Source of the DNA: Caldimonas sp.
GTDB taxonomy: Bacteria > Pseudomonadota > Gammaproteobacteria > Burkholderiales > Burkholderiaceae_C
Direction: 5' to 3'
DNA length: 34,909 bases
NCBI GenBank assembly: GCA_039916285.1
Contig: JBDSLQ010000415.1
Coordinates: forward strand, 1 to 34,909
Part shown: positions 1 to 8,909 of the stretch, one piece after another
Layout of the letters: each line of letters starts with the position of its first letter
How positions within the stretch are numbered: position 1 is the stretch's first letter
The notes under the pieces: model-generated
The model's input: only the letters and a program-made list of their open reading frames with translations
What the model was told of the DNA's origin: nothing
Databases searched by the model: none
Program-made: the position numbers and the translations under genes

Positions 1-2090
1 TTCGGCGCGCCGCGCAGGTGCTCGGTGCCGTCCTTGCCGCGCCAGCCCATCAGGAAGCCGATGCCGGGCTGCGCTTCGAAGTTGACGACGAAGTCCGGAT
101 AGTCCTTGAACTTGCGGCCGCCTTCCGGGGTGGTGAAAGCCGGCAACTTCAATCGCGACGCAAGCTCGACGATCACATCCTGGAACGGCTTGCATTGGCC
201 CGTCGGCGGCACGACCGGAACACGCACCGAATCGGCGGGGCCGTCGAAGTCGGAGATCGGCCGGTCGAGCATGCCCATCACGTCGTGGCGCTCGAGGTAG
301 GTGGTGTCGGGCATCACCAGGTCGGCGAAGGCGACCGTCTCGCTCTGGAAGGCGTCGCAGACGACGAGAAACGGGATCTGGAATTCGCCATCGGCGTTCC
401 TGGCGTTGAGCATCTCGCGCACGGCCATCGTGTTCATGGTCGAGTTCCACGCCATGTTGGCCATGAAGATCATGAGCGTGTCGATGCGGTATGGGTCGGC
501 GCGCGTCGCGTTGGTGATCACCGTGTGCATGAGGCCGTGCGCCGACAGCGGCGCTTCCCACGAGAAGGCGTGGTCGATCCGCATCGGCGTGCCGTCGGCC
601 AGGATCGCCAGCTCCTCGGGGCTGGCCGGAAAGCCGAGCGGCGCCGCGTTGAGCGGCGTGTTCGGCTTGATCATCTCGGGCGAATTGAAGGCCCGGAAGT
701 TCGGCACGATGTGACGCGGGTAGGGCGCCTTGTGGCGAAAGCCGCCGGGCGCGTCGATGGTGCCGAGCACGCTCATCAGCACCGCCAGGGCGCGGATCGT
801 CTGAAAGCCGTTCGAATGCGCCGCCAGCCCGCGCATGGCATGGAAGGCGACCGGCCGGGCCTGCGTGGTCTCGTGGTGCTTGCCCCAGGCATCGGTCCAC
901 GGGATCGGCAGCGTGAAGGCATGGCGCAGGGCGGTCTCGCCCATCTCGCGGGCAAGCTCGGCGATGCGCGTGGCCGCAATGCCGGTGATCGCCGCCGCCC
1001 ACTCGGGCGTGCACGGCGCCACGCGATCCATCAGCAACTGGAACGACGGCGCCACCTTCGTGCCGTCGGCCAGCGTGTAGTGGCCTTCGAGCGCTGGATC
1101 GGCACCGTCGGCGATGCCTTCCGGGTACGCGGCGACGATGGTCTTCGAGACGGCATCGAAAACGAGCTTGTTGTGCGGTTCGCGGCCATCGCCGGGCGGG
1201 CCCTTGGCCGGGTCGGAGTCGTGCGCGAACATGCCTTCGCGTTCGGTGCCGGTGCCGAGCACGACGAGCTGCGGCGCGTTGGTGAATCGCTTGAGAAAGG
1301 CGCGGTCGATCAGATCGCCTTCGATCAGCACGTGCAATAGCGCCATGAAGAGGGCGCCGTCGGTACCGGGCTTGATCGGAATCCACTCGTCGGCAATCGC
1401 CGAGTAGCCGGTGCGCACCGGGTTGATCGAGATGAAGCGGCCGCCGCTGCGCTTGAACTTGCCGAGGGCGATCTTGAGGGGATTCGAGTGGTGGTCCTCG
1501 GCAGTGCCGATCATCACGAAGAGCTTGGCGCGGTCGAGATCGGGGCCGCCGAATTCCCAGAAGCTGCCGCCGATCGTGTAGATCATGCCGGCGGCCATGT
1601 TCACCGAGCAGAAGCCGCCGTGCGCAGCATAGTTGGGGGTGCCGAACTGGCGCGCGAACAGGCCGGTCAGCGCCTGCATCTGGTCACGGCCGGTGAAGAG
1701 GGCGAACCTCTTCGGGTCGGTGGCGCGGATCTTCGCCAGCCGATCGCCGAGGATCTGGAAGGTGCGCTCCCACGAGATCGGTTCGAACTCGCCGGCACCG
1801 CGCGCGCTGCCTGCTTTTCTCAGCAGCGGCTGGGTAAGCCGAGCCGGCGACACCTGTTTCATGATCCCCGAGGCGCCCTTGGCGCAGATCACCCCCTTGT
1901 TGATCGGGTGCTCGGGGTTGCCGTCGATGTAGTGCAGCTCGCTGCCTTTTTCACTATGGCGGAGGTGCACGCGAATGCCGCAGCGGCAGGCGCACATGTA
2001 GCAGGTCGTCGTCTTGATCTCGGTCGTCGCGCCCGGCACCGGCGAAGCGAGCGGATCGTGCAGCGGCTCGCGCGAGAAGAGTCTGAACAA
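1..2090 (-). CDS. soeA: Molybdopterin oxidoreductase catalytic subunit, SoeA-type cytoplasmic sulfite dehydrogenase (3' end outside window)
   Basis: Absent from the ORF track because it runs off the edge. Read manually from TTG at 2090: MFRLFSREPLHDPLASPVPGATTEIKTTTCYMCACRCGIRVHL...GNPEHPINKGVICAKG...FALFTGRDQMQALTGLFARQFGTPNYAAHGGFCSVNMAAGMIYTIGGSFWEFG. The frame matches at base 3. Fe4S4 Cys motif, SoeA-typical segments, no Tat signal. Confidence 0.85.
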   Translation of the reverse strand, partial: MFRLFSREPLHDPLASPVPGATTEIKTTTCYMCACRCGIRVHLRHSEKGSELHYIDGNPEHPINKGVICAKGASGIMKQVSPARLTQPLLRKAGSARGAGEFEPISWERTFQILGDRLAKIRATDPKRFALFTGRDQMQALTGLFARQFGTPNYAAHGGFCSVNMAAGMIYTIGGSFWEFGGPDLDRAKLFVMIGTAEDHHSNPLKIALGKFKRSGGRFISINPVRTGYSAIADEWIPIKPGTDGALFMALLHVLIEGDLIDRAFLKRFTNAPQLVVLGTGTEREGMFAHDSDPAKGPPGDGREPHNKLVFDAVSKTIVAAYPEGIADGADPALEGHYTLADGTKVAPSFQLLMDRVAPCTPEWAAAITGIAATRIAELAREMGETALRHAFTLPIPWTDAWGKHHETTQARPVAFHAMRGLAAHSNGFQTIRALAVLMSVLGTIDAPGGFRHKAPYPRHIVPNFRAFNSPEMIKPNTPLNAAPLGFPASPEELAILADGTPMRIDHAFSWEAPLSAHGLMHTVITNATRADPYRIDTLMIFMANMAWNSTMNTMAVREMLNARNADGEFQIPFLVVCDAFQSETVAFADLVMPDTTYLERHDVMGMLDRPISDFDGPADSVRVPVVPPTGQCKPFQDVIVELASRLKLPAFTTPEGGRKFKDYPDFVVNFEAQPGIGFLMGWRGKDGTEHLRGAP

Positions 2091-2174
2091 GGAGCGGCTC
2101 CGGCGGCGTGGGTGGGAATGACTTTGATGCTAGGCAGTCGAGCCTGAATGGAAAAGCGGGTAATCTCGCTCGCC

Positions 2175-3125
2175 ATGAACGATAAAACCGATCAGCGGCT
2201 GCGCCTGACCCTGCGCCAGCTCGAGGTCTTCGCGGCGATGGCGCAAAGCGGCTCGACCCGCGCCGCCGCCGACCGCGTCGCCCGCTCGCAGTCGGCAGCG
2301 AGCACCGCGCTGGCCGCTCTCGAAACGGCGCTCGATTCGCCGCTGTTCGACCGCGTTGGCCGGCGGCTGCTGCTCAACGAGCACGGCCGGGCTCTTCTGC
2401 CGCTGACGCTCTCGCTGCTCGAGCAGGCGGCCGAGTTGCAGGCGCTCTTCACCCGCGAGCCGCTGGCACCGCTGCGCATGGCGGCCAGCTTCACGATCGG
2501 CGAGTACCTGCTGCCGGAGATGATCGCCCGCTGGAAGCAGGCCCATTCCGAAGCGTCGGCGCGGCTCGTCATCGGCAACAGCAGCGAGGTGATCGAGGCA
2601 GTGGCGCGCTTCGACGTCGACATCGGCTTCATCGAGGGCCGGCAACGCCACCCCGACGTGATCGTGCGCCGCTGGCTCGCCGACGAGCTGGTGATCGTCG
2701 CCGCGCCCGGTCACGCGCTGGCCGGCAAGCGGGTTGTGAGCGCGGCCGAGCTGGCGGCCGCCGGTTGGGCAATGCGCGAGCCCGGCTCGGGCACCCGCGA
2801 GGCCGCCGACCGCTGGCTCGCCGATCGCGTGCGGCCGTTGCGAATAGAACTCGAGCTCGGCAGCAGCGAGGCCGTCAAGCGCGTGGTGGCAGCCGGTGTC
2901 GGCATCGGCTGCCTGTCGCGCAAGGCGGTGGCGGAAGCGCTGGCGGGAGGTTGGCTGGTCGAGTTGAAAACAGTGCTGCCGCGCGCGGCACGGGCGCTCT
3001 CTATCGTCGTGCATCGGGAGCGGCGGCTCGGGCGGGTGGCGGAGGCGTTCATTGCGAGTTGCCTGACAGGGGTTCCTGCCGTGCCAGGGGCGCCGGAGCG
3101 GCGAGCGCGGAGCGCGCGAGGGTAA
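2175..3125 (+). CDS. LysR-family transcriptional regulator (YeiE/CysL-like), divergent from soeA
   Basis: LTLRQLEVF...SQSAASTALAALE...LFDRVGRRLLLNEHG HTH; ASFTIGEY, DIGFIEG, REPGSGTRE and ELGSSEAVKRVV resemble the YeiE subfamily. Start is ATG 2175 or 2148. Confidence 0.88.
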   Translation: MNDKTDQRLRLTLRQLEVFAAMAQSGSTRAAADRVARSQSAASTALAALETALDSPLFDRVGRRLLLNEHGRALLPLTLSLLEQAAELQALFTREPLAPLRMAASFTIGEYLLPEMIARWKQAHSEASARLVIGNSSEVIEAVARFDVDIGFIEGRQRHPDVIVRRWLADELVIVAAPGHALAGKRVVSAAELAAAGWAMREPGSGTREAADRWLADRVRPLRIELELGSSEAVKRVVAAGVGIGCLSRKAVAEALAGGWLVELKTVLPRAARALSIVVHRERRLGRVAEAFIASCLTGVPAVPGAPERRARSARG

Positions 3126-3382
3126 AGCGAGAAAACGACAGCTGGCGCCGCTCCTGGTGCGTGTGCTTCGCGATGACGTCGCGCAGTGCACGACCGGGAG
3201 CGCGCTAAACCGTGAAGACCTTTTGTCCGGCGCGCGGGCCGAAGGCGATTCGGTGAGTGCACGGCTGAACCGCCCCCCGAGGAAGGCTCGATTGACCACC
3301 CGTCGATCAGGCGTTAACTTGCCGTGCACGGTGCCGGGCGACAGCGCGGCACGCCACAGGACCAACGACGGAGACAAGGACG

Positions 3383-4702
3383 ATGAGCAATACTGACGCG
3401 ACCGCACTGGTGCAAGCCGTGCAGACCGAGATCAAGCAATCGCCGACCTCGGTGACGCACGGGCCGACCCGGCGCGCGATGCTCGGCAGGTCGGTCGCTG
3501 CCGCGGCGGCCGGCGCCGCAGCGCTGGTGCCGCCGCGGCACGCCGAAGCCGCGGTCGAACCGGTGCCGGCATCGAATCTGGCGATGGGCCGCGCGCTGCC
3601 GGCCAGCGAGTACGGCATGCCGTCGAAGTACGAGGCCCACGTGCTGCGCCGTCGTACCGACGTTTTCGTGAACCGGCAGAACTTCTCCGACTGGAGCATG
3701 ACGCCGCTGCACCGGCAGCACGGTACCGTGACGCCGAACGGACTGATCTTCGAGCGCCACCACAACGGCGTTCCCGACATCGACCCCGAGCGCCACCGCT
3801 TTGCGATCCACGGCATGGTGCGCCAGCCGCTGGTGTTCACGATGGCCGACCTGATGAAGTACCCGTCGGTGTCGCGTTTCTACTTCATGGAATGCTCCGG
3901 CAACGGCCTGGCCGATTGGCTGAAGCCGGTCTCGAAGACCGTGCAGCAGACGCACGGCATGCTTTCGTGCGCGCAGTGGACCGGCATCCCGGTCTCGGCG
4001 CTGCTCGACGAAGCCGGCATCGCGCCGGGGGCGTCGTGGGTGCTCGCCGAGGGCGCCGACGGTGCGGCTCACGCGCGCAGCCTTCCCATGAAGAAGATGC
4101 TCGACGACGCGATGATCGTGTACGCCGCGAACGGCGAGATGCTGCGCCCGGAGAACGGCTACCCGCTGCGGCTCTTCGTCCCGGGCTGGGAAGGCAACGT
4201 CAGCGTCAAGTGGCTGCGCCGCTTGAAGGTCGGCGACCAGCCGTGGCACTTGCGCAGCGAGACCGCGCGCTACACCGACCCGATGCCCGACGGCAAGTGG
4301 CGACAGTTCAGCTTCGACATGGAAGCCAAGTCGGTGATCACCTCGCCCTCCGGCGGCATGACGGTGCAGCCGGGCGAGGTCGAGATCCTCGGCTTCGCGT
4401 GGTCGGGCAACGGCAAGATCCGCGCGGTCGACGTCACGGTCGACGGTGGCCGCAGCTGGCGCCAGGCGCGTCTCGAGGAGCCGGTGCTGGACAAGTGCCT
4501 GACGCGATTTCGATTGCGCTGGAAGTGGGATGGCGGAGCCACGTCGATCGCCAGCCGGGCGGTCGATTCGACCGGCTACGTGCAGCCGACGGTCGACGAA
4601 ATCCGCAAGGTGCGTGCAATCACCGGCTTCGTGCAGCACCACAACGGCGTGTTCCCATGGTCGCTGGCCGCCAACGGGGAGGTGAAGAATGCGATCGCCT
4701 GA
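3383..4702 (+). CDS. soxC: Sulfite oxidase-family periplasmic molybdoprotein (SoxC-like)
   Basis: Tat-like TRRAML signal; TPLHRQHGTVTPNGLIFERHH, FMECSGNG (Mo-ligating Cys), ENGYPLRLFVPGWEGNVSVKWL, SRAVDSTGYVQP; SD GGAG/AAGGA upstream. Confidence 0.88.
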   Translation: MSNTDATALVQAVQTEIKQSPTSVTHGPTRRAMLGRSVAAAAAGAAALVPPRHAEAAVEPVPASNLAMGRALPASEYGMPSKYEAHVLRRRTDVFVNRQNFSDWSMTPLHRQHGTVTPNGLIFERHHNGVPDIDPERHRFAIHGMVRQPLVFTMADLMKYPSVSRFYFMECSGNGLADWLKPVSKTVQQTHGMLSCAQWTGIPVSALLDEAGIAPGASWVLAEGADGAAHARSLPMKKMLDDAMIVYAANGEMLRPENGYPLRLFVPGWEGNVSVKWLRRLKVGDQPWHLRSETARYTDPMPDGKWRQFSFDMEAKSVITSPSGGMTVQPGEVEILGFAWSGNGKIRAVDVTVDGGRSWRQARLEEPVLDKCLTRFRLRWKWDGGATSIASRAVDSTGYVQPTVDEIRKVRAITGFVQHHNGVFPWSLAANGEVKNAIA

Positions 4703-5339
4703 ACTCCGACGCGCGCAGGTCGCGATGCCCTCGGCATGGATCGCAGCGTTGATCGCGACGCTGCTGGCGGGCTGTACCACCGCATCGATGAATGCATCGG
4801 GCAACGCGGCCTCGGCCGCCGCCGCACCGGCCCGGCACGGTCAGCGCATCTCCGAAGCCGATCTCGTGGCGTGGAACATCGACGTTCGAACCCCCGACGG
4901 CGCCGGGCTGCCGGCAGGGTCCGGTTCGGTCGCGGCCGGCAAGGCGGTGTACGACGCGCAGTGCGCCAGCTGCCATGGCGCGGCAGCCGCCGGTGGGCCG
5001 GTGTTCGGACCGATGGTCGGCGGCGTCGGCTCGTTCAAGACCAACGCGCGCGTGCTGACGCCGGGCAGCATGTACCCGTACGCGCCGATCCTGTTCGACT
5101 ACGTGCGCCGTTCGATGCCGATGACCGCACCGCAGTCGCTCTCGAACAACGAGGTCTACGCCGTCAGCGCCTACCTGCTGCACCTGAACGGGTTGCTCGG
5201 CGCAGACGCGGTGGTCGATGCGCGTTCATTGGTCGCGCTGCGAATGCCTAACCGCGACGGATTCATCGTCGACGACCGGCCCGATACGAAAGCCGTGCGC
5301 TGCATGGCCGACTGCGCGCCGGTCACCGGCGCGCGCTGA
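4689..5339 (+). CDS. soxD: Monoheme cytochrome c partner (SoxD-like), probable lipoprotein
   Basis: WNIDVRTPDGAGLPAGSGSV, CASCH heme motif, PYAPILFDYVRRSMP, MPNRDGF, C-terminal CMADC, lipobox LLAGC. Overlaps the soxC stop; exact start uncertain. Confidence 0.8.
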   Translation: MRSPELRRAQVAMPSAWIAALIATLLAGCTTASMNASGNAASAAAAPARHGQRISEADLVAWNIDVRTPDGAGLPAGSGSVAAGKAVYDAQCASCHGAAAAGGPVFGPMVGGVGSFKTNARVLTPGSMYPYAPILFDYVRRSMPMTAPQSLSNNEVYAVSAYLLHLNGLLGADAVVDARSLVALRMPNRDGFIVDDRPDTKAVRCMADCAPVTGAR

Positions 5340-5360
5340 GCTCACCGGCGCGCGCTGAGC
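5323..5360. repeat. Exact 19-bp tandem duplication TCACCGGCGCGCGCTGAGC x2 spanning the soxD stop codon
   Basis: Copies at 5323-5341 and 5342-5360 read directly. Confidence 0.9.
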
Positions 5361-5488
5361 TCGGCCGCCTCGGCCAGGTTGTCGCGCGCTGGGCCGCGGC
5401 AGGCTCGGATGCAGGCGGCGTTGGATCGCCGGGCGCACCCGCGTCTGACGGTGCTGCCTTGGTGGCTCGGGCGCATCGCACCGCGGGG

Positions 5489-6706
5489 TCACGTTGGGGC
5501 AGGGGATGCGACCCCCGGCAACGCACGCTGCCGGTCGTCGATAGGCCATAACAAGGCGGCCGCAACGACGCTGGCCGCGATGCAGAGAATCCAGACGATC
5601 TGGTACGACCCGGTGGTGTCGAAGACATAGCCGCCGTACCAGGCGCCGAAGAAGCTGCCGATCTGGTGGCCGAGAAAAGCGATGCCGAACAGCGTCGACA
5701 GATAGCGCACCCCGAAGATATCGGCCACGAGCGCATTGGTGAGCGGCACGGTGCCGAGCCAGGTGAAGCCGATCGTCATCGCCAGCGCATAGGTCGTGAG
5801 CGGCGTCACCGGCACCGAGATGTAGGCGGCGATTACGACAGCGCGAACCGCGAAGATCCAGCCGAGCACGTGCTTCTTGCGAAAGTGGCCGCCGAGCAGG
5901 CCGCAGCCGTAAGAGCCGACCACGTTGCACAGGCCGACGAGCGCCAGCGCGGTCACGCCTACCGAAAGGGGCAGGCCGCGATCGAGCAGGAACGCAGGCA
6001 GGTGAATCATCAGGAAGATGGTCTGGAAGCCGCAGACGGCGAAGGCGGCGGTCAGGAACCAGAAGCCGCGGTCCGACAGCGCCTGCCGGAGCGCGGCGCG
6101 AGTGTCGTGCGGGCTGGAGTCGGTGGTGGCGGCGGGCTTGCCGGCAAGCGGCACGGCGAGCACGACGATCAGCAGGACCGCCGCCGCGAGCAGGAAAAGG
6201 GCCCCGTTCCACCCCGCGGCGCTGATCAGCGATTGCCCTATGGGCAGCATGGCGAACTGGCCGAACGAACCGCCGGCTCCGACCAGGCCGAGCGCCCAGC
6301 TGCGCCGCTCGGGGGCAACCGAACGTGCGACCACGCCCATCACGACGCCGAACGAGCACGCCGACAGGCCGATGCCGATCAGGACTCCGGCGCTCCAGTC
6401 GAGCATCGCCGGCGTCGTCGAAACCGCCATCAGGCTCAGGCCTGTTGCATAAAGAGCCGCGCCGAGCACCAGCACGCGACCTGCGCCGTACCGGTCGGCG
6501 AACATTCCGGTGAACGGCTGCAGCAAGCCCCACAGCAAGTTCTGCAGCGCGATCGCGAACCCGAAGGCACCTCGGCCGATGTCGAGATCGACCGCCATCG
6601 GTGCCAGGAACAGGCCGAACGCCTGCCGAATGCCGACCGCCAACATGAGAATCGCGCTCGCACAGGCAAGCACGACTGCGGGAAGCTTCCAATGAGACGA
6701 GCGCAT
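5489..6706 (-). CDS. Major facilitator superfamily transporter
   Basis: About 12 hydrophobic segments, GMFADRYGAGRV MFS motif A, HQIGSFFGAWYGG; ATG 6706 preceded by GAAGGGGGG. Confidence 0.88.
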   Translation of the reverse strand: MRSSHWKLPAVVLACASAILMLAVGIRQAFGLFLAPMAVDLDIGRGAFGFAIALQNLLWGLLQPFTGMFADRYGAGRVLVLGAALYATGLSLMAVSTTPAMLDWSAGVLIGIGLSACSFGVVMGVVARSVAPERRSWALGLVGAGGSFGQFAMLPIGQSLISAAGWNGALFLLAAAVLLIVVLAVPLAGKPAATTDSSPHDTRAALRQALSDRGFWFLTAAFAVCGFQTIFLMIHLPAFLLDRGLPLSVGVTALALVGLCNVVGSYGCGLLGGHFRKKHVLGWIFAVRAVVIAAYISVPVTPLTTYALAMTIGFTWLGTVPLTNALVADIFGVRYLSTLFGIAFLGHQIGSFFGAWYGGYVFDTTGSYQIVWILCIAASVVAAALLWPIDDRQRALPGVASPAPT

Positions 6707-6926
6707 CGCCCCCCCTTCGTTCCAGGCCGCGGATCCCGCCTCCTTCACGCCATCGGCATGCGTCGCGGGCCCTTGCCCACTTCTCAAGCGGGTTGCGGCA
6801 GCAACGCTATTGTCGTGTCCTGCGCGGGCAGGGGCTTTCTCCCGGCAGCCTTCTGGCCGCTTCGGCCGTCAAGCCGAAGTGCTTGAACAAGGTCGCCCCG
6901 GTGCGTGATAGCCCATATCGAGCGGC

Positions 6927-6942
6927 GGGAACGGATATTGCG
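6927..6942 (+). promoter_or_regulatory. Probable sigma54 -24/-12 promoter of folB
   Basis: GGGAACGGATATTGCG: GG(6928)-N10-GC(6940) with TTGC, about 33 bp upstream of ATG 6975. Confidence 0.55.
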
Positions 6943-6974
6943 GGAGCACCGCGCCACTTGCATTCCGTTCGCTC

Positions 6975-7415
6975 ATGAGCATTGCACCTGGAAGCGCCAT
7001 ACGACGCCGCGCCGTGACGGTCTTCGTCGAGGACTTCATCGTCCTCGCAAGCATCGGCATCTACTCGGCCGAACGCTTGCACAAGCAACGCCTGCGGTTC
7101 AGCCTGGCGGTACGCCTCGAGAACTGCGCGCCACCTTTCGACGCCCGCAACGTGCTCGACTACAACCTGTTGCGTGACGGCGTTCGCGCCATCGTCGAGG
7201 CCGGGCACGTCGGCTACCAGGAGACCGTCTGCGAGGCCGTCCTCTCGATGTGCCTGGCGCTGCCGCAAGTAGTCTGGGCGCGGGTCAAGGTCGCCAAGCT
7301 CGACGCATTCGCCGACTGCGCGGCGGTCGGCTGCGAGATGGAAAGCAGCGTCGTCCAACCCGTTGTCGGGGCGGCGTTTCCATTGGCAGGCGAGGGCGTT
7401 TCCTTCGGAAACTGA
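6975..7415 (+). CDS. folB: Dihydroneopterin aldolase family protein
   Basis: VFVEDFIVLASIGIYSAERLHKQRLRFSLAV...VLDYN...GHVGYQET...VKVAKLDAF..VGCE matches the FolB pattern. Confidence 0.8.
   Translation: MSIAPGSAIRRRAVTVFVEDFIVLASIGIYSAERLHKQRLRFSLAVRLENCAPPFDARNVLDYNLLRDGVRAIVEAGHVGYQETVCEAVLSMCLALPQVVWARVKVAKLDAFADCAAVGCEMESSVVQPVVGAAFPLAGEGVSFGN
7398..7412. promoter_or_regulatory. Palindromic candidate enhancer GTTTC-N5-GAAAC inside the folB 3' end
   Basis: GTTTCCTTCGGAAAC, with a second GTTTC half-site 22 bp upstream at 7376. Confidence 0.5.
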
Positions 7416-7796
7416 GGTCCGCGTGGCGGGTGCGCCGGCGCGCTCGATGCCCTGCACGAAGGGATCGGCAGCATTCATCGAAATCGATCTCCCTGGGGCT
7501 CGACCATGTCGCCGCGGTGCGGCTCGCTGAGGCGACGCTTCCTGGGCAGTTCCAACGTCTCCGACGCGGCCCGAGGTCGTCGTTGACATGGCGCATCACG
7601 AAGCTACCCGCGACGCCATCGCGACCAACGGTCGGCCACCATCGTTGGTCTGGGAGCTGACGTCTGAGGGCATCCTGACACGTCGAGCGCAGCCCAGCGG
7701 TTGGCATGCCCGACTGCGTGATCCGCCCAGCCGCTTCCTTGGATATCGCTTGTCTGTATTGCCAGCCGCGACGGCCGGGCTATTCTTGGCAGCGAC

Positions 7797-8888
7797 ATGC
7801 CGCAAGAGCACCTGCTTCCATCCAGCCGCCGCTTCGATTCGCTGGCTTATGCAGCCTCAGGCTCGCTGGAGACGCTCACAGACATGCTTCCCTGGCCGGC
7901 AGCCGTCATCTCCGACTCGGGGCAGGTGACGCATCTCAACGCAGCGATGGCGGCCCGAAGCCTGCACTTGAACGGGACTCAAGAGCGGCACATTCGGACG
8001 CTGTTTCCGGAATACAGCGCCGCCTTGCCGGGCGATCCGCCATGGCCCGAGCCCCTCCAGGTGGAGGTGACGCGGCAGGCAGCGGACGGCGCGGTTCATG
8101 AGCGCCTGCACACGGTGCGCCGGGGCGCCGCCTCTGCGTTGATCGTGGTCGACGAAACGCGGCTGCACGAGCTCGAGCTCGGCTACGCCCAGAATGCCCG
8201 CCTCGCGTCGCTGGGCTTCCTGCTCGCGAGCGTTTCGCACGAAGCGAACGGGCCGCTCGCGGCGATCAGCTCGATGGTGCAGATCATGGAGTCCAAGCAC
8301 GGCGTCTCCGAAGACGTCTGGCAAAAGGGCATTCGCCTGATCGCCGAAAGCACGCGCCGACTGCTGCTCATCACGCGCAAGTTGACGAGCTTCGTTCGCG
8401 TCGGCGAGAGCGCGCGTTCGCCGTTTTCGATCGACAGCGCCGTCGACGATGCCTTTCTCCATCTGCGCTACGATCGTTGCGGCACGGCAATGCAGGTTGC
8501 GCACCGGCGCGACCCGAGGGCGATCGTGGTGGGCAACCAGGACCAGGCACAGCAGGTCTTCTTCAACCTGTTTCTCAATGCGGCTCAGGCTTGCGACGGG
8601 CATGGAACCATCACCGTCGCCACGACCTGCACCGATGGCGAGGTGAGTGTGTGCATCGGTGATTCCGGGCCCGGCATCGCCGAGTCGCAGTTCAGCCGGG
8701 TGTTCGAGCCGTTCTTCACCACCAAATCGGGAGGTGACGGCATTGGGCTCGGTCTGGCGATCTGCAACGAGATCATGCAGGAGCACAAGGGGCGCATCAC
8801 CATCAAGGCCGGCCCCGCCGGCGGCTCGCTGTTCGAGCTCCACTTTCCGCTGGCCAAGGTAGCCGGCCCGCGCGGGGCGTCATCGTAA
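7797..8888 (+). CDS. Cytoplasmic NtrB-like sensor histidine kinase
   Basis: H-box ASVSHEANGPL, N-box QVFFNLFLNAAQA, G1 DSGPGI, F-box FEPFFTTK, G2 GIGLGLAIC; PAS-like N-terminus; no obvious TM helix. Confidence 0.9.
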   Translation: MPQEHLLPSSRRFDSLAYAASGSLETLTDMLPWPAAVISDSGQVTHLNAAMAARSLHLNGTQERHIRTLFPEYSAALPGDPPWPEPLQVEVTRQAADGAVHERLHTVRRGAASALIVVDETRLHELELGYAQNARLASLGFLLASVSHEANGPLAAISSMVQIMESKHGVSEDVWQKGIRLIAESTRRLLLITRKLTSFVRVGESARSPFSIDSAVDDAFLHLRYDRCGTAMQVAHRRDPRAIVVGNQDQAQQVFFNLFLNAAQACDGHGTITVATTCTDGEVSVCIGDSGPGIAESQFSRVFEPFFTTKSGGDGIGLGLAICNEIMQEHKGRITIKAGPAGGSLFELHFPLAKVAGPRGASS

Positions 8889-8909
8889 GTACGCCGAAAC
8901 CCGGGCGCG

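Noticed and set aside
18-2147. Plus-strand ORFs of 440 aa and 219 aa
   Set aside because: Antisense to soeA, with no recognisable motifs.
3309-3323. AGGCGTTAACTTGCC before soxC as a sigma54 promoter
   Set aside because: Only 9 nt between GG and GC.
7416-7796. Short ORFs and promoter-like strings (TTGACA at 7583; TTGGCATGCCCGACTGC at 7701)
   Set aside because: No homology cues, a poor -10 box, and GG-GC spacing of 11 rather than the required 10.
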